This document shows, piece after piece, positions 29,955 through 38,876 of a DNA stretch of 64,000 nt. A program made the position numbers and the translations under genes. The DNA lies in the NCBI GenBank assembly GCA_040386535.1, contig JAZKFH010000038.1:91191-155190 (forward strand), read 5' to 3'. The notes beneath the pieces were generated by a model. That model had not been told where the DNA came from. It was given only the letters and a program-made list of their open reading frames with translations, and searched no databases. Each line of letters starts with the position of its first letter. Position 1 is the stretch's first letter. Source of the stretch: Myxococcota bacterium (GTDB lineage Bacteria > Myxococcota_A > UBA796 > SXON01).

Positions 29955-32351
29955 TCACGGAAGCAGGATTTCGAGGCCCGCGCTCACCGCGTACACCGGC
30001 CGAGGGCCGTGGTCGCGGAAGTGTATCGTAAGCTTGGGATTCGCGGGGCTGCCTTCACGTTTCGAGATCGTGCCCGTGCCGAGCAGCGGGTGGAAGACCT
30101 CGACCCCGACACGGAAGGACTCCAGGTCGTCCGGGACGAGCTTTCGCACCCCGGCGGGCGGGACCGCGGCTTTGAGGCGGTTCGGCTGCGGGGGCGCGAA
30201 CGTGCCGCCGCCGAACGAGGGCGTGCGGGGCGTCGGCGCGGCGGCGCGGGGCGGAGGAAACCCGCTGTAGGACGGACGCGTGGGCGCGCTCGGCGGGGTC
30301 GGCGCGCGCGGCGCCTGGAAGGGGCGGGCGCTCACGGACGCGGGCACGTCCCCCGTGAGGAGCTTCGTGGGCAGCTCGCGCAGGAAGCGCGACGGGAGCG
30401 TCGGTTCGAAGCGCATCTCGCTCCCCATGCGCATCATCCGGCGCGACGGGAGCGTGAGGAACAGCTGTTCCCGCGCGCGCGTGATGGCGACGTAGGCCAG
30501 CCGCCGCTCCTCTTCGATCTCCGCCTCCTGCTCGGCGCGCGCGTGCGGAAAACACTTCTCCACCAGGCCCACCACGAAGACCACGGGGTACTCGAGCCCC
30601 TTGGCGAGGTGGGCGGTCAGGAGCGTGACGGCGCCGGCGTCCTGGTCGGGGAGCTCGTCCGCCTGGCCCGCGAGCGAGACGCGGTCGAGGAAGGCGCGGA
30701 GCTTCTCCAGCGGAGACTGCGGGGCGCGCGGCAACGGATCGCCGTAGTTGTCCATCTCGACGTCCAGGCCGTCATCCTCCTGGACCGCCTTGGACAACGC
30801 CTCGATGTTCTCCAGTCGGCCTCGGGCCTCGTCGGTGTTCTCCGCCTCGAGCTCGGCGATGTAGCCGGTCTTGGTGGCGATCTCGGTCACGAGCTCACCC
30901 GGCTGCACCAGCAGCGCCAAACGCTCGAAGTTGTCCATCATCATCGTGAAGGCGGCGAGCGCGTTGCCGACCCGGCCGCTCTGCTGGCCGAGGTTCCGCG
31001 CGGCCTGCCGCAACGTGATGCCGAAGCGCGCGGCCTCGTCCGCGATCTGCTGGACCGCCTTGTCGCCGAGCCCGCGCGTCGGGATGTTGATGATGCGGGC
31101 GAACGCGATGTCGTCCGCCGGGTTGACCACCAGCTTCATGTAGGAGACGAGGTCGCGCACCTCGCGCCGCTCGTAGAACTTCTTGCCGCCGACGAGCACG
31201 TGCGGGATGCGCGCCTGCAGGAGCGCCTGTTCGAACGGGCGGCTCTGCGCGTTGGTGCGGTAGATGATCGCGATGTCCGCCGGCCGCAACGTGCCGCGCA
31301 GGAGGCTCCGGATCTCGTCGGTGACACGCGCGGCCTCCTCGGCCTCGTCGGTCGCCCGGATGACGCGGATGAGGCCGCCCTGGTCGGCGTCCGTCCACAA
31401 CGTCTTGTCCTTGCGCTGCTGGTTGCGCTTCACCAGCGAGGAGGCGGCGTCGAGGATGGTCTGCGTCGAGCGGTAGTTCTGCTCGAGCCGCACCACCGTC
31501 GCGTTCGGAAAATCCTTCTCGAAGTCGAGGATGTTCCGGATGTCCGCGCCGCGGAAGCTGTAGATCGACTGGTCGTCGTCACCCACCACCGCGAGGTTGC
31601 GGCCGGTGATCTTCTCGCCCCACGGCAGCGTGAGCGAGTCGTAGTCGCACAGCAGCTTGACCAGCTTGTACTGGGCGGGGTTGGTGTCCTGGTACTCGTC
31701 CACCAGCACGTAGCGGAACTTGCCGCGCCAGTGGTCGAGCACCTCGGGCTTGAGCTCCCAGACCTCGACCACCTTGTTGACGATGTCGTTGAAGTCGAGC
31801 GCGTTCGCCGCCTTCATGCGCTCCGTATACATCCGGTACACGCGCGCAAGGTTGGGGGTGTCGTCCTTCTCCGTCGGCACCCGGAGCGCGTTCTTGGCGC
31901 GGTCGATCGCGCTGCGGAAGCTGGCCGGCGGGTGCTGCTTCGGGTCGAGCTTCAGCTCGGCGAGCACGGCCTTGAGTACGCGGGTCTGATCGTCGTCGTC
32001 GTAGATGACGAAGCCGCGGTCGTACCCGAGGTGCCCGATGTCCCGCCGCAGAATGCGCACGCAGGTCGAGTGGAAGGTGCTCACCCACACCTTCGCGTCC
32101 CGCCGGTCGTCTTCCGTCGGGGGCACGAGGTGCTCCACGCGCTCCTTCATCTCCCCGGCGGCCTTGTTCGTGAACGTGACGGCGAGGATGTTCCAGGGGC
32201 GGATCCGCTTCTCGTCGATCATGTACGCGATGCGACGTGTCAACACCCGCGTCTTGCCCGAGCCCGCGCCGGCCAGGATGAGGAGTGGACCCTCGGTCGC
32301 GACGACCGCCCGCGCCTGCTCCTCGTTGAGCCCCTCGACGTGGCGGCTCAT
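29955..32351 (-). CDS. uvrD: UvrD/PcrA ATP-dependent DNA helicase
   Basis: AGAGSGKT, TFTNKAA, VDEYQD, VGDDDQSIY.FRGA, EQNYRS, AKGLEY, YVAITRA; C-terminal Tudor-like domain. Confidence 0.95.
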   Translation of the reverse strand: MSRHVEGLNEEQARAVVATEGPLLILAGAGSGKTRVLTRRIAYMIDEKRIRPWNILAVTFTNKAAGEMKERVEHLVPPTEDDRRDAKVWVSTFHSTCVRILRRDIGHLGYDRGFVIYDDDDQTRVLKAVLAELKLDPKQHPPASFRSAIDRAKNALRVPTEKDDTPNLARVYRMYTERMKAANALDFNDIVNKVVEVWELKPEVLDHWRGKFRYVLVDEYQDTNPAQYKLVKLLCDYDSLTLPWGEKITGRNLAVVGDDDQSIYSFRGADIRNILDFEKDFPNATVVRLEQNYRSTQTILDAASSLVKRNQQRKDKTLWTDADQGGLIRVIRATDEAEEAARVTDEIRSLLRGTLRPADIAIIYRTNAQSRPFEQALLQARIPHVLVGGKKFYERREVRDLVSYMKLVVNPADDIAFARIINIPTRGLGDKAVQQIADEAARFGITLRQAARNLGQQSGRVGNALAAFTMMMDNFERLALLVQPGELVTEIATKTGYIAELEAENTDEARGRLENIEALSKAVQEDDGLDVEMDNYGDPLPRAPQSPLEKLRAFLDRVSLAGQADELPDQDAGAVTLLTAHLAKGLEYPVVFVVGLVEKCFPHARAEQEAEIEEERRLAYVAITRAREQLFLTLPSRRMMRMGSEMRFEPTLPSRFLRELPTKLLTGDVPASVSARPFQAPRAPTPPSAPTRPSYSGFPPPRAAAPTPRTPSFGGGTFAPPQPNRLKAAVPPAGVRKLVPDDLESFRVGVEVFHPLLGTGTISKREGSPANPKLTIHFRDHGPRPVYAVSAGLEILLP

Positions 32352-33766
32352 CGGTTGGGCTCGGAGGGGTTGGTCCCCGACGGGTTCGTGTCGGAGGGCG
32401 CGACCGGCGCGGCCGCGCTCGCTTCCTTGCGGGCCCGGTACCGGGTGCGGAGCTTCTCTGCGAGGTTGGGCGAGTTCTTCTGCGGGGTGCGGGAGAGCGC
32501 CACGGCGTCGGCCGGGACGTCGCCCGTGATGGTCGAGCCCGCCCCCACGATCGCCCCCGCGCCGACCGAGACGGGGGCCACGAGCGCGGTGTTCGAGCCG
32601 ATGAACGCCCGCGCGCCGATGACGGTCCGATTCTTCGAGAACCCGTCGTAATTGCAGGTGATCGTGCCGGCGCCGATGTTCGCGCCCTCGCCCACGTCGG
32701 CGTCCCCCAGGTAGGTCAGGTGGTTCGCCTTGGCGCCCTTCCGGACCACCGCGTTCTTGACCTCGACGAAGTTGCCGACGTGCGCGTTCTCCTCGAGCAC
32801 CGCCCCGGGGCGGAGCCGCGCGAAGGGCCCGGCCTGCGCGCCCGGGTGCATCACCGCGCCGGTGGCGATCGAGCTGGCGTGGAGGATCGCGCCCGCCATG
32901 ATCGTCGAGTCGTTCACGATGCTGTGCGGGCCGACCATCCCGGCCACGTCCGACCTGCCGGCGAGGATGGCGCCCAGGCCCACGCTCGCGTCCGGGTGGA
33001 GGATGACCCCCACCTCGACCTGCGCGCTGTCGAGGTCCGCAAAATCCACGCCCTGCAGCGCCCACGCGCGGTTGACGCGCCGCCGCAGCACCGCCCGCGC
33101 GTCGGCCAGGGCGGCGCGATCGTTCACGCCGTCGAACAGGGCCCCGTCGAACCCGCTCACGACGGTGGCGCCCTCGTTCACCAGGTCGGTCAGGTAGAAC
33201 TCGCCCTTGGGCGCGTGCGGCTCGAGGGTGGGGAGCTTCTCGCGCAGGTACGCCGCGTCGAACACGTACACGCCGCTGTTGACCTCGCGGATCTCGGCCT
33301 CCTCCTCGGTGCAGTCGGCGTGCTCGACGATGTGGGGGTGGCGCGTTCCGCGGACGATCCGACCGTACCCGGTGGGATCGTGCACGATGAAGCTCGCGAC
33401 GGTCACCGGGGCCATGTGCGCGTGCACCAGCCGCTCGAGGGCCTCGGCGGTCAGCAGCGGCGTGTCCCCGGCGGTGACCAGCACCGGCCCGTGTTCGGGC
33501 AGGAGCGGGAGCGCGGCGCGCAGCGCATCGCCCGTGCCGAGCGGGGCCTCCTGGCGGACGAACCGCACACCGGGGAGGGCCGCGCGCACGGCCTCCTCCT
33601 GGTGGTTGACCACCACGATCACGTCGGCGCCGAGCGACTGGAGGGCGTGCACCACCCAGCCCACCATCGGGCGGCCGAGCAGGGGGTGGAGCACCTTGGC
33701 GAGCGGGGAGCGCATGCGGGTGCCGAGCCCGGCGGCGAGGACCACGGCGGTGAGCGGAGCGGACAT
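32348..33766 (-). CDS. glmU: Bifunctional UDP-GlcNAc pyrophosphorylase / GlcN-1-P acetyltransferase
   Basis: LAAGLGTRM.S..KVLH, GYGRIVR, EFYLTD, GNFVEVK, HLTYLGD, TCNYDG. Confidence 0.96.
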   Translation of the reverse strand: MSAPLTAVVLAAGLGTRMRSPLAKVLHPLLGRPMVGWVVHALQSLGADVIVVVNHQEEAVRAALPGVRFVRQEAPLGTGDALRAALPLLPEHGPVLVTAGDTPLLTAEALERLVHAHMAPVTVASFIVHDPTGYGRIVRGTRHPHIVEHADCTEEEAEIREVNSGVYVFDAAYLREKLPTLEPHAPKGEFYLTDLVNEGATVVSGFDGALFDGVNDRAALADARAVLRRRVNRAWALQGVDFADLDSAQVEVGVILHPDASVGLGAILAGRSDVAGMVGPHSIVNDSTIMAGAILHASSIATGAVMHPGAQAGPFARLRPGAVLEENAHVGNFVEVKNAVVRKGAKANHLTYLGDADVGEGANIGAGTITCNYDGFSKNRTVIGARAFIGSNTALVAPVSVGAGAIVGAGSTITGDVPADAVALSRTPQKNSPNLAEKLRTRYRARKEASAAAPVAPSDTNPSGTNPSEPNR

Positions 33767-33835
33767 CACGGGGCCTTAACGCGGGGGGCACGGGGGCTGG
33801 GGGCCGGGCCGGGGTGGGAAGCGGGCGGCGCTCCG

Positions 33836-34600
33836 TCATGGGAGGTGTTCGGCGGGGCCAACCGCGGCGAGCGCGTGGCGGAGGCCGATCTGGCCGAGGA
33901 TGGCCGCTTCCAACGCGGGCACGGGCGACGAGGCGGCGTGGCGGCGCACGGTCCGCACGTCGACCCCCAGGGCCGCCGCAATGTCGAGCTGCCGGCCCTG
34001 CCAGAGCCATACGACCGCCGCCCGCGCCGCGACCACCTCCGGGTCCTTTCCCGCCAGGGAGGGGTGGCCCACGGCGGCGGCCGCGGCGTCGACCGCGAAG
34101 GCCGGATCCCACACAGGCGTGAGCGCGGGCGCACCCAGGATCTCGAGCAGCCGGCGGCGGCGCAGCCGGGGCACGGCCTCCCGCACGGCGCCGACGAGCC
34201 ACCCCCCGCCCACCCGCAAGCCGAGCAGCTCGGGGAGGTTGCTCGCGTCGTGAAGCGGGTCTGCTGTGGCGCCGTGGTGCTCCTGGTTTCGCAGCACGTA
34301 GTCGACCACGTTCTCCAGGTGCGGCTGGTCCCTGATCTCGACGAGGTGCGCGGGCGCAAAGCGCGCGGGGAGGCACAGCCGCCGCCGCAGCGCCACCTCG
34401 AGATCGTGGGCGAACCGGCCGGCGCGCTCGCGCGAGCAGAGCAGGACCACGTGCAGGTGGGAGTCGGGGAGCCGGAACACGAGCAGCCCCGCGGTGCGCC
34501 CGAGCGTGCGAACGACGCGCGCGAGCGCTCGGCGGGCGGGAACGGAGGGCGCGATGGGGCGCCCGTCCGCGAGGCGGACGATGACCTGGTATCCGAGCAT
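33836..34600 (-). CDS. Divergent HUH Y1 nuclease (RAYT/TnpA-REP/IS200-like) with C-terminal HTH
   Basis: HUH motif PDSHLHVV; catalytic-type YVLRNQ; C-terminal AR..VW......IAAALGVDVRTVRRH HTH resembling the DnaA C-terminal domain. Confidence 0.72.
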   Translation of the reverse strand: MLGYQVIVRLADGRPIAPSVPARRALARVVRTLGRTAGLLVFRLPDSHLHVVLLCSRERAGRFAHDLEVALRRRLCLPARFAPAHLVEIRDQPHLENVVDYVLRNQEHHGATADPLHDASNLPELLGLRVGGGWLVGAVREAVPRLRRRRLLEILGAPALTPVWDPAFAVDAAAAAVGHPSLAGKDPEVVAARAAVVWLWQGRQLDIAAALGVDVRTVRRHAASSPVPALEAAILGQIGLRHALAAVGPAEHLP

Positions 34601-34716
34601 GACGGCGGAAGGTACGCGCGGCTGGCGACGTGACAAGGGGCTTTCTACGCGCACTGTCACGTTGGTTGCGCGATCCGCGCCGCGCCGGGATCGTGGCGGC
34701 GTGGCGCCGTCGGAAG

Positions 34717-34885
34717 CGGACAATTGGTCGGCACTCGAATCGAGCGCGCGACGTTTGTCCGGTCCCGCGGCGGGCGACCGGACAATTGTTGCTCGCGACG
34801 AACCGAGCGCGGCACCTTTGTCCGGTGCCGGCGGTGGGACCGGACAAATCGGGGGCGCTCGCTCCGAGCGGACGACCTTTGTCCG
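34717..34885. repeat. REP-like array: three ~45-bp palindromes with a ~62-bp period
   Basis: CGGACAA..CGAGCG..TTTGTCCG at 34717-34761, 34779-34824 and 34841-34885, separated by short GC spacers. Confidence 0.85.
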
Positions 34886-34919
34886 GTGCTGTCGGCCCCG
34901 CGCCCCTTGCCCTTCGCGG

Positions 34920-35113
34920 GGTGCGGGCGGCCCGGCGCCGCGGACGGCGCCGTCGGGTCGGCTCCAGGCGCGCTTCGCTTGGTTCGTCCGCGCGCGGCGC
35001 GCGGCCGGAACCGGCCGGGCGAGGCGCCCGGCCGCCTTCCGCGCCCCTGCCGCGGGTGGGGGTTGGGCGGCGAGCCTCACAACTCGGGACCTGACGGCCC
35101 CCATCTTGACCAC
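34920..35113 (-). repeat. Dispersed structured element with ~60-bp 5' extension
   Basis: CCCGCG gc AGG..AGGC GGCC..GGCC GGTTC..GAACC aag..GCCT; extension shared with the 35391 copy. Confidence 0.8.
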
Positions 35114-35390
35114 CCCGATTCCGAGACGAGCGTTCTACGCTGTCTTTCGCTCGGCCTGTAGTGCAAACCAACTGGCGGGTGATTCAGTCTCAGGCGTAAA
35201 TCGGGGTCAGAGGGATGCTGTCGGGCTCGACGAGATGGGTACAGGAAAGGCGCGTTGAAAGAGCCTTCTGTGGCGGGGAAGCGCGGACGAGCTGGTGGAT
35301 CGCCGGTCCCCCCGCGCCCTGCGAGCGAACGAGTTGCACGGAGGCGACGGCTTCGAGCGCCTTCGCGCCCGTCATTTCGTGATTCGGACG

Positions 35391-35583
35391 GTGGTCAAGA
35401 TGGGGCCGCTCAGGTGGCGACTTGCGGGACGCCGAGCCCCACCCCCACCCGCGTGAGGCGCCTGCAGGGCGGCCCCGCTGCGGGGCCGGTCCCGGCCCCG
35501 CTCGCCCGGGAGCGGGGGCGGACCGAGCGCAGCGAGCCCGCAAGGGGCCGACCCCCGGCGCCTCGCCGGGGGGCGGCCCATCC
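35391..35583 (+). repeat. Dispersed structured element with ~60-bp 5' extension
   Basis: GTGGTCAAGATGGGGCCG..ACCCCCACCCGCG tg AGG..GGGC GGCC..GGCC GGTCC..GGACC..GCCC gcaag GGGCCG..CGGCCC atcc. Confidence 0.85.
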
Positions 35584-35652
35584 TGCGCACCGCCGGCGAA
35601 ACGTGGTCCCCGACCCCCGTCGCGGCTTAGATTCCCTGCTCCCGAGGCTCCC

Positions 35653-36378
35653 ATGTCCCGCCCCACCGCCCCGAGTGCCGCCCCGAGTGCCCCCGAGAGT
35701 GCCCCCCAGAAGCGTGTCGCCGTGCTCCTCGCCGGGTGCGGCTACCTCGACGGCGCCGAGATCGCCGAGGCCGTGCTCTCGTTGCTCGCGCTCGATCGCG
35801 CGGGCGCCGCGGTGCAGTGCGCCGCGCCCGACAAGCCGCAGCACCACGTGATCGACCACGTCACCGGCGAGCCCACCGGCGAGTCGCGCAACGTGCTCAC
35901 CGAGGCCGCTCGCATCGCGCGGGGGCGGATCGTGGCGGTCAGCGAGATCCGCGCCGCCGACTTCGACGCCGTGTTCCTCCCGGGCGGGTTCGGCGCCGCG
36001 AAGAACCTCTCCACCGTCGCGTTCGACGGCGCGAAGGCCACGGTCGACCCCGAGGTGGCCCGCGTGATCCGCGAGTTCCGCGCCGCCGGCAAGCCCATCG
36101 GCGCCGTGTGCATCGCGCCGGCCGTGGTGGTGGCGGTGCTCCGCGAGGGCACGGTGACCATCGGCGACGACGCCGACACCGCCGCCGCGATCGTGGCGAT
36201 GGGCGGGACGAACATCGCGTGCACGGTCACCGAGGTGCACGTGGATCGCAAGCGCCGCGTCGTCACGGCGCCCGCCTACATGTACGGTGATGCGCGGATC
36301 TCGAACGTCGCCGCGGGCATCGACAAGGCGGTCGCCGCCATGCTCGAGCTCGTCGGCCAGCCCCCGGAGCTCACATGA
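35653..36378 (+). CDS. elbB: Glyoxalase ElbB (ES1 / DJ-1 family)
   Basis: LAGCG.LDGAEI.E, RNVL.EAARIARG, PGGFGAAKNL, CIAP, TAPAYM. Confidence 0.93.
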   Translation: MSRPTAPSAAPSAPESAPQKRVAVLLAGCGYLDGAEIAEAVLSLLALDRAGAAVQCAAPDKPQHHVIDHVTGEPTGESRNVLTEAARIARGRIVAVSEIRAADFDAVFLPGGFGAAKNLSTVAFDGAKATVDPEVARVIREFRAAGKPIGAVCIAPAVVVAVLREGTVTIGDDADTAAAIVAMGGTNIACTVTEVHVDRKRRVVTAPAYMYGDARISNVAAGIDKAVAAMLELVGQPPELT

Positions 36379-37103
36379 AGAAGCGCCTCGAAGGCAAGGT
36401 CGTCTGCATCACCGGCGCGGGGCGCGGGCTCGGGAAGGCGCTCGCGGAGCGGTTCTCCGCCGAGGGCGCGTCGCTCGTGCTCGCCGCGCGCACCACCCCC
36501 GAGATCGACGAGCTCGCGCGCTCCTTGGGTGACGCGATTGCCGTCCAGACGGACGTGCGCAGCTCCAACGAGTGCCACCGCCTCGTGGACGCGGCGATGG
36601 CCGAGTACGACCGGCTCGACATCATGATCAACAACGCGGGCCTCGCGATCTACGGCCCGGTCGACACGCCGAGCGAGAACGACATCGACCTGATGGTCGA
36701 CACGAACGTGAAGGGCGTGATCCACGGCTCGATCGCGGCGTTCAAGGTGATGAAGCTGCAGCGCAGCGGCCTCATCGTCAACATCAGCTCGATCGCGGGC
36801 AAGCTGCACCTGCCGAACGAGGCCGTGTACAACGCGACGAAGTGGGCGGTGAACGGGTTCACCGGGACGCTGCGGCTCGAAGCGGCGGCGTACGACGTGA
36901 AGGTCACGACGGTGTGCCCCGGCGGCATCGACACGCCGTTCTGGCGGGCGATGGACTACTACCCGTTCCCCGACCACATCGACCCGGCGCGCGACTTCAT
37001 GAAGCCCGAGGAGGTCGCCGAGAGCGTGGTCGAGCTGGCGCTCAAGTCCGACCGCTACGTGGTGCCCGAGCTCGTGATGGTGCCGCTGATCGCGGCGCGG
37101 TAG
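36375..37103 (+). CDS. SDR family oxidoreductase
   Basis: TGAGRGLG, NNAG, YNATK. Confidence 0.95.
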   Translation: MKKRLEGKVVCITGAGRGLGKALAERFSAEGASLVLAARTTPEIDELARSLGDAIAVQTDVRSSNECHRLVDAAMAEYDRLDIMINNAGLAIYGPVDTPSENDIDLMVDTNVKGVIHGSIAAFKVMKLQRSGLIVNISSIAGKLHLPNEAVYNATKWAVNGFTGTLRLEAAAYDVKVTTVCPGGIDTPFWRAMDYYPFPDHIDPARDFMKPEEVAESVVELALKSDRYVVPELVMVPLIAAR

Positions 37104-38071
37104 CGGCGTCGACGGACGCCCAGCGCGCCGAGCAGAATCAGCACGACGCCCGCTTCTCCGTTGGCGCCGCATCCGCAGCTCCGCGGCGCCACGACCTCCA
37201 CCGCCGGTGCCACCACCTCGGGAGCGACCGCAAGCGGCGGCGTCGCTTCGGCCACCGCCACCCAGTTCTCTGGGTAGGGCGCCAGCCGGAGCGCGAGCGG
37301 GCCGCCCGGCGCCTCGTGGGCCCGCCCGGCGTCGTCGAGCACCGCCACGGTGACGTCGTAGACGCCCCCCTTCGTGACCGACCCCCCGCCGCACCCGCCG
37401 GGCTCCAGCGAGATGAGATCGCGGTCCGGCATGGACGCGAGCGTGCGGAGGTGCTCGCCGTCCGCGCCGCGCCAGTCCACCTGGAGCCACGGGTGGACCC
37501 CGCCGCGCACGAGCGGGACCGTGAGGAGGAGCCGGGGCGGTAGGAACCCGTAGTCGTGCATGGGGCGGAGCACGGGGGGCCCCGTCCACCACTCGTGCGA
37601 GGCGGCGGGTGCGGTGCCGACCTCCCAACGCGGGTCGTCGGACGCGTTGAGGCTGACCGGCGGGGCGCCCGCTTCCCGAAGGAACAGGTCACTTCGACAA
37701 CCCAGGTAGCGGAGGGTGTCGCGGAACCCCGGCACGTCCAGCCGCACCTCGCCCCCGGGCGGGAGCGGCTCGTCCGCCCGGAGGGTGATGACGGCCTGAT
37801 TGCCGTCGCACAACAGCTCCGACCGCAGCGGGATGCGCCGCGAACCCGCCACGATCACGCTGGAGCGCAGCGCCACCTCGATGAACCGCTCGTTCGAGTG
37901 CCGCGGCACGAAGAGCACGAACCACGCGTCGGTGGGGATGTCCGCCTCCTGGCCGCACGGGATCGGCGGGGGGAACACCATGACCGCGCTCGCGCCGGGG
38001 GCGTCGGGGTCCGACATCGACGTCGCCGCGGCGAGCGGGAGCCAACGGAGGGCGAGCGGGAGCAGGGGCAT
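37055..38071 (-). CDS. Secreted protein with MYXO-CTERM-like C-terminal sorting signal
   Basis: Signal-like N-terminus; C-terminal SCGCG...hydrophobic...RRRR. Confidence 0.6.
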   Translation of the reverse strand: MPLLPLALRWLPLAAATSMSDPDAPGASAVMVFPPPIPCGQEADIPTDAWFVLFVPRHSNERFIEVALRSSVIVAGSRRIPLRSELLCDGNQAVITLRADEPLPPGGEVRLDVPGFRDTLRYLGCRSDLFLREAGAPPVSLNASDDPRWEVGTAPAASHEWWTGPPVLRPMHDYGFLPPRLLLTVPLVRGGVHPWLQVDWRGADGEHLRTLASMPDRDLISLEPGGCGGGSVTKGGVYDVTVAVLDDAGRAHEAPGGPLALRLAPYPENWVAVAEATPPLAVAPEVVAPAVEVVAPRSCGCGANGEAGVVLILLGALGVRRRRYRAAISGTITSSGTT

Positions 38072-38093
38072 CCGGTCCTCCGCGCGTGCACGA

Positions 38094-38402
38094 TCAGTCC
38101 GCGTCCAACTCCCCCAGGATCCGCGTCCGCATCTGCTCCTCCCGCCGCTGCCCACGCTCCTTGGCGCGCGCGGCCTCCTCCTCGCGGGTGCGGGGCGCGC
38201 CGATCGTGATGAGCTGGTCGCGCACGAGCCCGCGCGTGATGTCCGCGATCTGCGCCACGGCGTGGTCGAAGGCGGCCTGGTTGGCCTTGGACGGCTGCGT
38301 GGTGCCCGACACCTTGCGCACGTACTGGAGCGCGGCGGCGGTGATCTCGTCGTCCGTGGCGGGCGGCTCGAAGTTGAAGAGCATCTTGATGTTGCGACAC
38401 AT
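38094..38402 (-). CDS. DUF2277 family protein
   Basis: MCRNIK.L.NFEPPAT.DEI.AAALQYVRKVSG. Confidence 0.9.
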   Translation of the reverse strand: MCRNIKMLFNFEPPATDDEITAAALQYVRKVSGTTQPSKANQAAFDHAVAQIADITRGLVRDQLITIGAPRTREEEAARAKERGQRREEQMRTRILGELDAD

Positions 38403-38423
38403 GGGGGAGCTCCTCGAGGGCGA

Positions 38424-38876
38424 TCAGGTGTAGTCGCGGCCCTTCACGGTCTTGCGGCCGTCGGCCCGGGCGCGGTCGATCGCGCGGTCGGTGTGGACGC
38501 GGACGATCTCCGAGAGCGCCTCGAGCACGTCCGCGGCGGTGTTCATGTCGGCGCGGTCGGTGATGTACTGCTTCAGACGCGAGGCCACGATCAGCACGTC
38601 GTCCGAGGAGGGGGCGGCCGCGGCCGTGGGGGAGGAGACGATGCGGCGGCGCGGCTCGGCGTCGACGGCGGGCGGCTCGGCGGTGAGCGGGGCGCGTTGC
38701 TCGGTGCACCACGCGTCCCGATGGTTCATCGCGGGCACGTGCGAGTCCCAGCAGCCCACGCTGCAGAAGACGTAGGGCACGCGGGTGCGGTTGCAGGTGG
38801 AGACGGAGCACGCGTAGTACTTGCCACCCAGGAGGATGGGCTTCTTGCACGCGCTGCAGGGACGCCAGGTGTTCAT
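38424..38876 (-). CDS. Bacterial histone-fold protein (Bd0055-like) with N-terminal Cys/His zinc-binding domain
   Basis: C-terminal VLIVASRLKQYI....MNT..DV..ALS..V......I..ARADGRKTV..RD; N-terminal CSAC..CSVSTC..FCSVGCWDSH..H..C. Confidence 0.85.
   Translation of the reverse strand: MNTWRPCSACKKPILLGGKYYACSVSTCNRTRVPYVFCSVGCWDSHVPAMNHRDAWCTEQRAPLTAEPPAVDAEPRRRIVSSPTAAAAPSSDDVLIVASRLKQYITDRADMNTAADVLEALSEIVRVHTDRAIDRARADGRKTVKGRDYT

Noticed and set aside
28332..32651. 1439-aa plus-strand ORF and many other long Arg/Pro/Ala-rich ORFs
   Set aside because: Antisense or off-frame shadows of clear genes, typical of very GC-rich DNA
33836..34600. Complete IS200/IS605 insertion sequence
   Set aside because: No tnpB, no recognisable paired subterminal IS ends, and an extra HTH domain; a REP-associated type fits better
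32352..35171. N-terminal extension making UvrD 1738 aa
   Set aside because: Overlaps glmU and the HUH gene in other frames; the real start is Met 32351
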